A DNA stretch of 64,000 nt from NCBI GenBank assembly GCA_964016885.1, contig OZ024741.1, positions 23,374,001 through 23,438,000 on the forward strand, written 5' to 3'. The notes beneath the pieces are model-generated. The model was given only the letters and a program-made list of their open reading frames with translations, was not told where the DNA came from and ran no database searches. Below are positions 48,206 through 62,159 of this stretch, piece after piece. Position 1 is the first letter of the stretch. Each line of letters begins with the position of its first letter. The position numbers and the translations under genes are program-made. This DNA is from Eledone cirrhosa. Lineage: Eukaryota.

Positions 48206-50090
48206 CATCATCATCATCATCATCACCGTTTTACACCAATTTTTCCACACTAGCATGGGTTAGACGAGTTGTCCTGATGTGAGAAATGCCTGGTCAGGTG
48301 ACCATGTCTTACTCATACAGAACTGATTCTGGCTTGATTTCTACAGCTGGATGCCCTTCCTAACACCAACCACATTTACAGAGTGGACATGGTGCTTTTT
48401 GTTGTGACACCTACACGACCACTTTACAGTGTGCACTGGGTGCTTTTTGTTGTGACACCTACACGACCACTTTACAGTGTGGACATGGTGCTTTTTGTTG
48501 TGACACCTACACGACCACTTTACAGTGTGGACTGGGTGCTTTTTGTTGTGACACCTACACGACCACTTTACAGTGTGCACTGGGTGCTTTTTGTTGTGAC
48601 ACCTACACGACCACTTTACAGTGTGGACATGGTGCTTTTTGTTGTGACACCTACACAACCACTTTACAGTGTGCACTGGGTGCTTTTTGTTGTGACACCT
48701 ACACGACCACTTTACAGTGTGGACATGGTGCTTTTTGTTGTGACACCTACACGACCACTTTACAGTGTGGACATGGTGCTTTTTGTTGTGACACCTACAC
48801 GACCACTTTACAGTGTGCACTGGGTGCTTTTTGTTGTGACACCTACACGACCACTTTACAGTGTGGACATGGTGCTTTTTGTTGTGACACCTACACGACC
48901 ACTTTACAGTGTGGACTGGGTGCTTTTTGTTGTGACACCTACACGACCACTTTACAGTGTGGACTGGGTGCTTTTTGTTGTGACACCTACACGACCACTT
49001 TACAGTGTGCACTGGGTGCTTTTTGTTGTGACACCTACACGACCACTTTACAGTGTGGACATGGTGCTTTTTGTTGTGACACCTACACGACCACTTTACA
49101 GTGTGGACTGGGTGCTTTTTGTTGTGACACCTACACGACCACTTTACAGTGTGCACTGGGTGCTTTTTGTTGTGACACCTACACGACCACTTTACAGTGT
49201 GGACATGGTGCTTTTTGTTGTGACACCTACACGACCACTTTACAGTGTGGACTGGGTGCTTTTTGTTGTGACACCTACACGACCACTTTACAGTGTGCAC
49301 TGGGTGCTTTTTGTTGTGACACCTACACGACCACTTTACAGTGTGGACATGGTGCTTTTTGTTGTGACACCTACACGACCACTTTACAGTGTGGACTGGG
49401 TGCTTTTTGTTGTGACACCTACACGACCACTTTACAGTGTGCACTGGGTGCTTTTTGTTGTGACACCTACACGACCACTTTACAGTGTGGACTGGGTGCT
49501 TTTTGTTGTGACACCTACACGACCACTTTACAGTGTGCACTGGGTGCTTTTTGTTGTGACACCTACACGACCACTTTACAGTGTGGACATGGTGCTTTTT
49601 GTTGTGACACCTACACGACCACTTTACAGTGTGCACTGGGTGCTTTTTGTTGTGACACCTACACGACCACTTTACAGTGTGGACTGGGTGCTGTTTGTTG
49701 TGACACCTACACGACCACTTTACAGTGTGCACTGGGTGCTTTTTGTTGTGACACCTACACAACCACTTTACAGTGTGGACATGGTGCTTTTTGTTGTGAC
49801 ACCTACACGACCACTTTACAGTGTGGACTGGGTGCTTTTTGTTGTGACACCTACACGACCACTTTACAGTGTGGACTGGGTGCTTTTTGTTGTGACACCT
49901 ACACGACCACTTTACAGTGTGCACTGCGTGCTTTTTGTTGTGACACCTACACGACCACTTTACAGTGTGGACATGGTGCTTTTTGTTGTGACACTTACAC
50001 GACCACTTTACAGTGTGGGCTGGGTGCTTTTTGTTGTGACACCTACACGACCACTTTACAGTGTGGACTGGGTGCTTTTTGTTGTGACAT
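48206..50090 (-). repeat. RTE/SINE 3'UTR fragment with a 48-bp unit amplified about 36 times (48372-50088)
   Basis: Unit actttacagtgtggactgggtgctttttgttgtgacacctacacgacc; flanked by the family's GGAAGGGCATCCAGCTGTAG and (CAT)n tail. Confidence 0.95.
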
Positions 50091-50129
50091 ATATATATAA
50101 ATAAATATACACACATTCATTATTATTAT

Positions 50130-50322
50130 AGTGGTGAATTGGCAGTATCTGTAGAGGGTCGGACGCCATGCTTTGACGCATAGAGTTACGTCCCTTGCCA
50201 TTCTGAGTTCAAATCCCGCCGAGGTTAACTTTGCCTTTCATCCTTACGGGGTCGATAAAATAAAGTACCAGTAATGCACTGGGATAATTGCTGGCCTTGT
50301 GCCAAAAGTAGAAACAATTATT
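50130..50322 (+). mobile_element. Meta-like tRNA SINE
   Basis: Same family as 37124-37350. Confidence 0.85.
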
Positions 50323-51261
50323 ATAGTTGATTCTTTTTGAGAATTTACAATAAAATTATTTGTAAGTTTATCAATTTCATATAGCAGTGAAGAGTTATCA
50401 GTGATATCGTTTTACACCTGTTTTTACAGATGTTGCATGAAATCTTGAGATTGTCTCGGTTTCCTGAGACTACAAACAAGTAGCAGAGGTAAACCCCACC
50501 AAACACAAGTGCTCGTTTTAGCTTAGTGAACTGGAAAAATATATAACAAAGTTTCTTGCTCAAGGACACATTACATCATCCAATCTGGGAAGTAAACCCA
50601 CAATCGTTTAACCGTGAGTTTAACAGCTTAATACCGGGAATTATCAAATAGCTATTTTTTCCAGCTTGTGGCATTTGAGATGTTTGGTGGAGCTGGGCCA
50701 CTGGTAGTGAAGTTCTTGTCATCGTTACAGAGGTGTCAGGTGCTTGGTTGTTTCAGCACCTTAGCCTTGCCATCATCCATGGTAATGTTGCAAGTGTGTT
50801 GGCTTGCCTAAAAAATATTCCGTTGACCCTTGTGATGTGATGTGTGACCAATTGTCACACTTGGTGGTGAATTGATGGTTGTTATTGTTTGTTTGTTATT
50901 TTTTCCTATTCAACTTTCTCTCGCTCTGATCATATATTTTGGTGAGTTATATTTGTGAGGTTTCTAGCAATAGTTAAATGTATTTATCCTCCGGCCTATT
51001 GCTCTCATTTATGACATTTATAACCCTTTCTCCTACTTTTCTATACAGTCAGATCTGCCCTTCTTTACCCCCTCACCCTCTGTTCATTGCTTGGTTTTGT
51101 CTTTATCCTTTTTACTATCCTTTCTTTTTCTTTCATATTTCCATCAATATTTGTGATGTTATATATACAACTGTGAATTGCAATGTTATTTCTATAATAT
51201 TAACCAATATATTTGGAAAATATAGAAACTACAGTATGTGAGTGTATGTTTATATATATAT

Positions 51262-51600
51262 ATGGAGGCACATGGCTTAGTGGTTAGAGAATTGGTCTTG
51301 CAATTGAAAGGTTGTGAGTTCAATTCTCAGACCGGGTGATGTGTTGTTTCCTTGAGCAAGACACTTTATTTCACATTGCTCCAGTTTACTCAGCTGTAGA
51401 AAGGAGATGATAGGGACTGGGATCCCTATCATTCCACTGCAAAGTGGTCGTGGAGGTGCCACGGCAAAAAAGCACCCAGCACTCACTGTAAATGAGGTTG
51501 GTGTTAGGAAGGACATCCAGCTGTAGAAATCAAGCCAGAATCAGTTCCCGTCCCACCCTTGCAAGCAGGGAAAGTTGGACGTAAAATGAGAAAATGAGAT
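51262..51600 (+). mobile_element. CORE-type SINE
   Basis: Homologous to 12251-12640 but with one fewer internal unit. Confidence 0.87.
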
Positions 51601-51835
51601 GATATATATATATATTACCACCATCATCATCATCATTTAATGCCTACTTTCCATGCTAGCATGGGTTAGACAGGTTTGGCCCATTTAGAGGCAAGTTGGG
51701 TCGGGTGACCATGTCTTGCTCATATAGAACTGTTTTTGACTGGTTTTCTACAGCTGGATGTCCTTCCTAACACCAACCACATTTACTGTGCGGGCTGGAT
51801 GTTTTGTGGTACCAACATAACATAATATACATATA

Positions 51836-53317
51836 TCATCATCATCATCATCATCAGGTTTAGCGTCCGTGTTCCACGCTTGCATGGGTTTGGACGGGGG
51901 TTTTCCCACTTGAGGCAAGAGTGGTTGTCTTGCTCGCATAGGACTGTCTGGCGGGTTTTCTACAGTTGGATGCCCTTCCTAACACCAACCACATTTACAG
52001 TGTGGGGCTGGGAGGTTTTTACCGTGTTGCCTACACGGCCACATTACAGCGTGGACTGTCTGGCGGGTATTCTACAGCTGGATGCCCTTCCTAACACCAA
52101 CCACATTTACAGTGTGGGGCTGGGAGGTTTTTACCGTGTTGCCTACACGGCCACATTTACAGCGTGGACTGTGTGTTTTTTTGTCGTGACACCTACACGA
52201 TCTCATTTGTTTCGGGCTGGATGTTGTGGGACCAACATAACTTTACATTGAAAGGGGCGGTGTGGATGGGGTGGAGGTGGTGGGACGGGGGTGTGTTTTG
52301 ATAGAGATGCCTACTGACTGTAGTAGGTTTTTACTTTGTATTTAGGTAAGGCGGGTCTTCTCTATTACTGAGTACCGCCAAAGGTCTCGGTCCAGTGACA
52401 TTGTCTTGGAGAGGTGTAAGCGTGTGAGGTCGGAATTTATCAGCTCGTCCCATGTTTTTCTGGGTCTGCCTACTCCGTGGCTACCGTCTATCTTTATTGC
52501 CCTGCACTTTGTTATACAGCTGTCGTCTTTCATGCGCATCACGTGACCGTACCAACGTAGCCTTCTCTCGAGTAAACAACATCTGATCCCTCTTATTTCT
52601 AATTTTTTCCTTAGTTCGTTTATGCTTTTCCGTTCACGTATATTACTATTGCACATCCAGCGGAGCATGCAAGCTTCGTTCCTCTCTAGTCTGCGTATAT
52701 CCTCTGCACACAATGCCCAGGTCTCACTGCCATGCAGCATTGCTGTTCGTATGCAGGCATCGTATAACCTGCCTTTCATTTTTAGGCAGAACCCTCTAGC
52801 GGCTAATAGTGGTATAAGCTCTCTGAACTTTTTCCATCCAGTTCTGACTCTAGCTACTGTACTTTCAGATCACCCTCCCCCACTGCTGATTTTGTCACCC
52901 AGGTAACGGAAGCTGTCCACTATTTCTATAGAACCCTCTGCGCAGTTGAAGGAGCTAGTATTTTGTGGGCACTTGCTGCTACTTATTGCACCAGAGCACC
53001 GGCCACATGTAAAATCTATGTTCTTAGTTAGCTTACCTGTGATCCCACTACATCTTTTATGCACCCATACTTTGCATTTGGGACATAAAATGGAGTTTCT
53101 ACCTACGCCTTTCCTACACACTGAGCATGGCCATTTCCCAGATGGGACTGCCGCCTTATTTTCTTTCCTACAAACTAGAACTTTAGTCTTAGCCAGGTTA
53201 ATTTTAAGGCCTTTTGATTCTAGGCCGTGCTTCCATGTTTGGAATTTCTTCTCTAGATCGGTCATTGATTCAGCTATGAGCGTTAGATCATCTGCGTATA
53301 GGAGTTCCCATGGGCAG
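51836..53317 (-). mobile_element. RTE LINE 3' part, same subfamily as 31528-33897
   Basis: ORFs 52870-53265 and 52342-52779; local duplication in the 3'UTR at about 51945-52170. Confidence 0.93.
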
Positions 53318-53333
53318 ATATATATATATAAAA

Positions 53334-56205
53334 AAACGTGAAAACCACTTGATCACCTATAGATAAGGGGAACACGCCAGCCAGATAGATTATATCCTTA
53401 CTAGAAGACGGGACAAAGTGTCTGTTGTAAACACAAAATCCCTTCCCCTTGAAGAATGCACCTCTCAACATAGCCTAGTAGTTAGTGACCTCACAGTCAG
53501 AAATAGACATACTCGACGACAGAGGAGGCCTACCTTGAGGAGAAGAATATGGAAGTTGAAGGACCCCATAGCCAGTGACAAATTTAAAAGCTTATTACTT
53601 GCCTTTGACAATAAGGAAGAGCAATTAGAGACGTGTGACATAGAGGAACAGTGGCAATTTTTGAAAGTGAACCTGCTGAAAGCAACGGATGAAATCTGTG
53701 GCTGGAGCAGACCTATTGGCAGGAGGAGAGTAACTTGGTGGTGGAACAGTAAGGTAGAAGAGACAATCAAGGCCAAAAAGCAGGCTTGGAAAGTTTGGTA
53801 GAGAGCACTATCAAGTAGCCAGGAGAAAAGCTAGAAGACAAGTGTACCTTGCAAAAAAGGGAAGCAGAGGATAGAAAGTTCAAGCATGTTCTACAACGCG
53901 AGGACCAAAAACGCGAGGTGTTCAGGATTGCTGGACAATGTGTCAAGGAAAACCGTGATATTGTCGGAGAGAAGTGTGTACGTAATGATAATGGTGTACT
54001 TGCACTCACTGATGCTGATAAGAATATAGCCTGGAAGTGTCACTACGAGAGACTATTAAATGAGGAGAATAAGTGGGAAAAAGATAGTCTGCCCCAAATC
54101 GATCCAATAGAAGGACCAGCGGTGCAAGTTAAAGGTAGTATAATAAGTAAGGCAATCAAAGATATGAAGACAGGCAAAGCAGCTGGGCCTTCGGAGATAG
54201 CTGCTGAGATGTTGAAGGCATCTTGAATGGTGGGACATACTATGGTCACCCGTATAGTTAACCAAGTATTACAGAATGGGGTCATACCAAAAGACTGGCG
54301 TAGCAGCATCATCATTAACTGCTACAAGGGTAAAGGAGATGCTCTAGATAGAGGAAACTATAGAGGCATTAAGTTAATTGACCAGGTTATGAAGGTCACA
54401 GAAAGAGTTATAGCGCAACTAATCAGAGAGCGAATTGATCTAGATGAAATGCAGTTTGGGTTTGTGTCAGGTAAAAGTACCACAGATGCTCTTTTCCTTG
54501 TACGACAACTACAAGAGAAGTACCTAGCTAAAAGTAAACACCTCTACTTAGCTTTTGTAGAACTGGAAAAGGCCTTTGACAGAGTCCCCCGCTCCATTAT
54601 CTGGTGGGTTCTTAGAAAATTAGGTGTAGATGAATGGCTTGTGAGAGCTATACAAGCTATGTATAATGAAACAGTCAGTAAGGTTAGAATTAACAATGAA
54701 TATTGTGAAGAATTTAGTGTAAAAGTTGGTGTTCACCAAGGCTCTGTCCTTAGCCCCCTCCTATTTATTATTGCCCTTCAGGCTATAACAGAGGAGTTTA
54801 AGACCGGCTGCCCATGGGAACTCCTGTACGCAGATGATCTAACGCTCATAGCTGAATCAATGGCTGAACTAGAAAAGAAATTCCAAACATGGAAACATGG
54901 CCTAGAATCAAAAGGCCTTAAAGTTAACTTGTCTAAGACTAAAGTCCTAGTTTGTAGAAAGGAAAATAAAGCACAGGTACCCTCAGGGAAATGGCCTTGC
55001 TCAGTGTGTAGGAAAGAAGTAGGCAGAAATTCAATTTTCTGTCCCAAATGCAAAGTATGGGTACATAAAAGATGTAGTGGGATTACAGGTAAATTATCTA
55101 AGAACATAGACTTTATATGTGGCTGATGCTCAGGTGCGATAAGTAGCAAGTGCCCACAGGATACTAGCCCCTTCTATTGCCCAGATGGTTCTATAGAAAT
55201 AGTAGACACTTTCCGTTACCTGGGTGACAAAATCAGCAGTGGTGGAGGGTGTTCTGAAAGTACAGTAGCCAGAGTCAGAACGGGATGGAAAAAGTTCAGA
55301 GAGCTTATACCGCTGTTGGCCACAAAAGGTTTCTCTCTAAAAATGAAAGGAAGATTGTATGATGCTTGTATATGAACAGCAATGCTACATGGCAGTGAGA
55401 CATGGGCATTGCGTGCAGAGGACCTGCGTAGACTGGAAAGGAACAAAGCATGCATGCTCCGTTGAATGTGTAATAGTAACATACATGAACGGCAAAGCAT
55501 AAATGAACTAAGTGAGAAATTAGGAATAAGAGGGATCAGATGCTGTTTACTTGAGAGAAGACTACGTTGGTATGGCCACGTGATGCGCATGAAAGACGAC
55601 AGCTGTATAAAAAAGTGCAGGGCGATCAAAATTGATGGTAGTTACGGAGTAGGTAGACCCAGAAAAACCTGGGAAGATCTGATAAATTCCGACCTTACAC
55701 ACTTGCACCTCTCTAAGACCATGTCACTGGACCGAGATCTTTGGCGCTACGCAGTAATACAGAAGACCCGCCTTGCCTATGTACAAAGCGAAACCTACAG
55801 CCAGTAGGCACCTCATAACCAAATATACACCCCAATCCACTACCCCTACCCTATCCTCCCACTCCCACCAACACCACCCCCTCTCTATAAAGTTGGTACC
55901 ACAACATCCAGTCCAAATAAATGAGATAAATGTGATCGAGATCGTGTAGGTGTCACGAGAAAAAAAACACACAGTCCACGCTGTAATGTGGCCTTGTAGG
56001 TAACACGGTAAAAAGTTCCCAGTCCACACTGTAAATGTGGTTGGTGTTAGGAAGGGTATCCAGCTGTAGAAAACCTGCCATATAGTCCTATATGAGTGAG
56101 ACACAGTCACCCGACCAACCTTGCCTCAAGTGGGACAACTCCCGTCTAACCCATGCTAGCGTGGAAAGTGGACGTTAAACGAGGATGATGATGATGACGA
56201 TGATG
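53334..56205 (+). mobile_element. RTE LINE, 5'-truncated within the APE domain
   Basis: ORFs at 53418, 53849, 54227 (RT, YADD) and 55466; (GAT)n tail. Confidence 0.94.
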
Positions 56206-56238
<33 letters not shown>

Positions 56239-56359
56239 AGTGTACATATATATATATCAACATCATCACCACCATTATCCATCTAATTTCTATGCTAGCA
56301 TGGGTTAGATGATATATATATATCACGACAATGAAAATTTGTGTGAATATACATATATC

Positions 56360-56906
56360 ATCTTTATTACTGCCGTTTTATATCAATTCTTTCATGCTAG
56401 CATAGGTTAGATGAGTTGTCCTGTTGTGGGCAATTCTAGGTCAGGTGACCATGTCTTGCTCATACAGAACCGATTCTGGCTTGGTTTCTACAACTGGATG
56501 CCCTTCCTAACGCCAACCTCATTTACAGTGTAGACTGGGTGCTTTTTGTTGTGATGCCTACATGACCACTTTACAGTGTGGACTGGGTGTTTTTTGTTGT
56601 GTCACCATCACTGCCACTTTACAGTGTGGGTTGGGGGCTTCAGTCGATGCATTTACTTCGGCCTATCCTCATGGAGGTGTATGGGAAGGTGAGTTGGGGC
56701 ATACTGTATATATGCTTCAGTTCGTGTACTTGGGAAGTTGGGTCTTCTGTATTACTGTGTATTGCCAGAAATATCGGTCCTGTGTCATTGCCTTTGAGAG
56801 GTGCAATTGGGCAAGGTCGGCTTTTATCACCTCATCCCAAGTCTTGCTGAGTCTGCCCACTCCAAGGCTTCCATCAACTTTTAATGCAGCGATCATCCTT
56901 CATACG

Positions 56907-56910
<4 letters not shown>
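56360..56910 (-). mobile_element. RTE 3' fragment
   Basis: ORF C-terminus (TWDEVIKADL) plus 3'UTR, reverse complement. Confidence 0.8.
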
Positions 56911-56941
<31 letters not shown>

Positions 56942-56961
56942 AAGATATATATATATATAAG

Positions 56962-57510
56962 TTGACCTTGCACACTTGCACCTCTCAAAGACAATGACAC
57001 AAGATCGAGATCTTTGGTGTTATGCAGTAATACAGAAGACCTGCTTTCCCTTGCACACAGACTCAAACATACACCTAGTAGGCACCTCTTAATCCACTAT
57101 ACCCCCTCCATACCCGCCCACCCCACACACCACCCTCCCACTTCTGCCCAAACCACCCTTACTCTGTAAAGTTATGTTGGTGTCACAAAAACATCCAGCC
57201 CACACTGTAAAGTGGTCATGTCGGTGTCACGATAAAAAGCACCCAGCACATACTGTAAAGTGGTCATGTAGGTGTGACGATAAAAAGCATCCAGCCCACA
57301 CTGTAAAGTGGTCATGTAGGAGGCACAGCAAAAAGCACCCAGCAAACAATGTAAATGTGGTTGGCATTAGGAAGGGCATCCAGCCGTAGAAATCTAGCCA
57401 GAAACAGTTCTATATGCGCAAGACACGGTCACCTGACCCAACTTGCCTCTAATGGGACAAACCCGTCTAACCCATGCTAGCATGGAAGATAGACATTAAA
57501 TGATGATGAT
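56962..57510 (+). mobile_element. RTE 3' fragment
   Basis: DLAHLHLSKTM...; three 48-bp units; (ATG)n tail. Confidence 0.8.
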
Positions 57511-57519
57511 ATATATATG

Positions 57520-58445
57520 TTGCTCCAGGACAGTAAGCAGCAAATGGCCACAGGAAACAAGTACTATCAAATTTTGGGAGGGCTCTGTAGAAACAGTAGA
57601 CAGCTTCTGCTACCTAGGTCACCGAATTAGCAGCGGGGGTGGGTGTTCTGAAAGTACAGTAACCAGGGTGAAGTTCAGGGAGGTACTACCACTGCTAGCT
57701 GTGAAAGGCTTTTCCCTCAAAATCAAAGGCAGACTGTATGATGCTTGCATACAAACAGCAATGTTACATGGTAGTGAGACCTGGGCATTGTGTGCAGAAG
57801 ACTTGCGTAGAAAGAAACGAAGCTTGCATGCTCTGATGGATGTGTAATAGTAATATATGAGAACAGCAAAGCATAAGCGAATTGAGAGAGAGGCTAAGCA
57901 TAAGAGGAATCAAATGCTGTGTGCAGGTGAGGAGGTTGCGTTGGTATGGACATGTGATGCATATGAAGGATGACAGTTGTATAAAAAAGTGCAGAGTACT
58001 AAAGGTCGATGGGAGCCTTGGAGTGGGGAGACGCAAGAAGACCTGGGACGAGGTGATAAAATCTGACCTTGCCCAATTGCACCTCTCAAAGGCGATGGCA
58101 CAGGTCTGAGACCCCTGGCGTTACGCAGTAATACAGAAGACCCGACTTCTCACGGGAACAAGCTGAAGCATATAGACAGTATGCTCCCACCCACTCCTAC
58201 TCACGACGAAAAAGCACCCAGTCCACACCGTAAAGTGCTCGTGTAGGCGCCACGGTAAAAATCACCCAGTGCTCATTGTAAATGAGGTTGGTGTTAGGAA
58301 GGGCATCCAGCTGTAGACATCAAGCTAAAATCAGTTCTGTCTGAGCAAGACATGGTCACCTGACCTGGCATTGCCCACAACAGGACAACCTATCTAACCC
58401 CTCTAGCGTGGAAGAATGGACGTAAAACGATGATGATGATGATGA
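57520..58445 (+). mobile_element. RTE subfamily B 3' part
   Basis: Homologous to 7380-8325. Confidence 0.9.
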
Positions 58446-59373
58446 ACCAAACTAGTGAAAGCAAAGGATATTTTTCAGTCATAGAACTATATAGGACATT
58501 TTAATTTCTTGATTGAATAGAAACTCTCAATTAATTTTTTTAAAAGTTTTTTTCAACTCTCTATTTTACGTATGTTACACTCTAACGGAGATGATAGTGC
58601 AATGACTGCATACGGTGTCAATTTTGCAACAGCTGAAGTGAAGAAAGAAAAATCTGTGTCCATATATGTGTACATCTATCGTTGTCTTATCTAACAGATA
58701 TATAAAGGTTACTAAGTTGGTTTAGAGAAAGAAGCATTGAATTTTTTGCATTGGAAAATAGTAATATTTTGATTTTTACAAGCGTAAAAATAAGATTAAC
58801 CAACATAAATCCCAAAATGTGTCGGACTTAATTTCTACAAGAACAAATATCATCCTCCACCGTTTTCAATGTTTACCGTTTGGTTGGCAAGGCTTTCACG
58901 AATCACTGAACATGGCGAGTAAATAATGGCAAAAAATTGTCAAACAAGTTTTTATCTTAACTCTACTCGTTCGGATTAAGGTAACTATCAATGGTTTCTT
59001 TACCTACATTGCGAGTATATATATAATATATATGTGTGTGTATAATTTCCTTCTCCATGTCTTTGCTATTGTAAAGTATTGCGGTGTCTGATAAAAAACA
59101 TCTTCCAATTATTTTAAAGTTGTGAATTAGATAGATGAAAACCAATATACATCTATTTATATAAATATTGTCATATTTAATAACATGTTCAACAAAATTA
59201 TCTGAGGATAATGCGTCCTCCCTTTTACCAACAGAAATAATTAAACCGAAGACACATTATATACAGTATAACGCAGTATATTTAAATGTCTTAGTTTATG
59301 TGAGTTCTGTTGAATTTCATGTTAAACTTCGACAGTTTAATAAACATTTGAGATATAAACCACGAACGTAGTA

Positions 59374-59422
<49 letters not shown>

Positions 59423-59615
59423 ATATTTGGGGAGGGTCATATTTGCGTAATATTGCCAGAATTAATAACAGAACACACTCACTGTTTGGTTGGTTTTCGC
59501 TTCTCGCTGTCTTTTATATATATATATCTGCGATCTAACTTACTCGGTCCTCAATGTTGCCATTGACTGACACACGATTTCATATAAAAAACCTCGCAAA
59601 ACTAATTCATCGCCG

Positions 59616-59660
<45 letters not shown>

Positions 59661-60859
59661 TACACTACATGATTGAATGGAGGTTCCTAGCAATAGTTAA
59701 TTGTATTTATGTGTTTATATTTTCATTCTATAAGAATAGTGGTAATGTTATTTATGTAAATATAAATTATTGATTTATTGATATTTTATTTGAGTGACCC
59801 GAATCTTCCTGGTCGTTCTTTTTCGGCTGCATGGGTGATTTTATGCATAGTCTTTGTGTGTTGGTATTTTAACGATAGTTATAGCTCTGATTTATCTGAA
59901 TTATTGAGCCCTCTGCCACTCATGTCGGATTTGTTTATCGTAAATTCGTGAGCTGATTTTCCGATACTCGATTATTCTATTATATATATATATATATATA
60001 TACCCCCCCCCCACTCCCAAGAGCGTGAAACTAATAAACCTTTGTTCGTACTGCCTCTCTGTTTTGTTCCCCTTCTATTTTTCACTATATATATATTCAT
60101 TCATGTGTGTATATATATATATATAAATATTCATTCATGTGTGTATGTGTATATATATATATTTAGGAGACGAAGCATGTCGAATAGAGCAGACATAGCT
60201 TCGGCCGTTCCCCCACTCATTCAATGGACAACTAAGTTCAAATTATTAAAATTCTAAAATTCGAACCCAGCTGGTCAGTGTGTACACTTTTGTTAATCTT
60301 TGAGGAAGACGACTTCGTGAAGGTAAGATGATACGGTACCCGGACTGCTGTAACAGTTTCGAAAATCGTTATGAAGTGTGTGTGTGAAAGGTTGTAACTA
60401 GATAATTAATGTCTCAAACACAGTCGACGGTCGACAATTTTCCAAACACTCCCTTTCCCTTATATATTTCCCTATTCCGATTTTCTCATATACTATCGTC
60501 CCTACCTACATTTCGTACTATTTTGTTTTAGTACATCTCAATTCCTCAGGAATTATTCATGAAGCTCACACAATTGTCTAGTAATATTGATTCGTTCGAA
60601 CAGGTTTTCTCAGTAATGCTTGTACATTTTATTTTATTTTTACCTAGGTAAAGATGTATTTGTTACAAAGGAGAAAACACGATTAGTGAAAATATTTATT
60701 TTATTTCTTATTAGTTAGAAATTACAAACACAAATGCCAGAGCTATTAACATTCAACACATACACACAGATATCTCTTAATGACATAAATATTTCACATA
60801 AAATTATAGAATCAAAACGAAAGAAAATATTATGTCAACACTAAGTGTGTCAATCGGAG

Positions 60860-61523
60860 TCACCCTCAAATACTTTTTGAGGTAAGTCAACACACTGGCA
60901 GCGTTACCACGGATGATGGCGAGGCTAGGACACTAAAACAACCAAGTACCCTCATTGACATCACTTGACACCTTGGTAAGGCGAGTCCCCAACGATGACA
61001 AGAACTTCGTTGTAGCGGCCCAGCTCCAGCAAACGTATGAAATGTCACAGGCTGGAAAAAATTGTTTGTCGATAATTCCTGGTATTTTAGGATTTTATTC
61101 TGTTCGGCAACGGAAGCAATGACCCTTACATTTACCGCAGCATACATGATGTAGGAAGAAGCAAAAAAGTCACTGACTGTGGTGTCCCAGATGAGACATC
61201 TGCCTCTTACCCAGGGACAAAAGGTAAAACCATCTGGTCTCTTTCCATCAATTCTGGATAATCCAACCGGCTCCAGAATTGAGGGCATATTTACTCGAGG
61301 TAGGGCCCGTTTAATGTTCCGGTTTAGCTCGGTGTGGTGAGTGAAACGACTAGCATTCAGGCGGCAGGACAAACCATGGAGGCCTGTAGAGTTGAGGGAC
61401 CTACGACAGCGGCATCTCAGACCCCCACATACATCGGTTCCCACACGGAGTGCAATGGAGATGCGGAGCGCGTCTAGACTGAGTAGGCCCTCGATGTTGG
61501 CTACGGACAGGGCATCAACCTGA
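60860..61523 (-). mobile_element. CRE/R2-like non-LTR retrotransposon C-terminal fragment (zinc knuckle + REL endonuclease)
   Basis: CRC....STGLHGLSC, (R)H.E.N, LEP.GL...DGKRPDG....W..G.CLIWD.TV.D, FQPV; frameshifted end ...RGNAASVL. Confidence 0.82.
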
Positions 61524-62159
61524 TTCAGAATTTATCAGATTTAGTTATTAGTAGTGTGCATCAAATGTGAAGTTATGTTAATCTTCGGGTATCATTAATA
61601 GATCTCGTTTGAAGAAAATGAAAATACCCCGCCTAATTCACCGCATTCTTTTATAGTGTAATCCGATTTAGTGGAGTTATTTTTGACATTGTTTAGGTCA
61701 TTTGTTTGACTAGTTTTGTAATAACAGTTGACCAGCAGTCATATAGCCGTATATACACACCACACTTGGCTGTAGTAGTGTATGTAATAATAACACTTGA
61801 CCAGTACAGTCGTATATATATAAATACACTACCCTTGGCTGTGGTATTGTAATAACACTTGACCAGTACTCAGTCGTATATAGTCACAGACAACCTTTAT
61901 ATATATGTATATATAGATAGATATAGTAGAATAACATAACAAATATGTTTTAAATATATACATAAAGATAACTACAAATGCTTAAATGACATAAATTGAT
62001 CGCGATTCTTTCAGAAGGATATATTCCTTTAATGTAAGGTTTCTCGTGTTTTACAACCAGTTAAGTTAACTGTGGATTGTACTGTGTGAAGTCACAGATC
62101 CTTTGGCCGTCTAAAAACATCTTACTGATAAAATGACAAGTCAGTCAATCATATTAGTG

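Noticed and set aside
10719-50088. Regular repeat arrays as possible CRISPR arrays
   Set aside because: The units are head-to-tail with no unique spacers, there are no cas genes, and the context is eukaryotic.
48341-50116. 573-aa and 591-aa ORFs with 16-aa repeats (including a His/Cys/Lys-rich repeat)
   Set aside because: Translation of a 48-bp unit derived from a retroelement 3'UTR; open on both strands because the unit length is a multiple of three.
51836-56205. Twin-priming 5' inversion of a single LINE
   Set aside because: The two parts overlap in element coordinates, differ in sequence and each has its own 3' tail.
60491-60549. Minus-strand CTGAGGA...GTACTA/TAGTAC-GAAA...GTA hammerhead-like pattern
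   Set aside because: An 8-nt interruption between the core and stem II and no convincing stem I; at best a decayed remnant.
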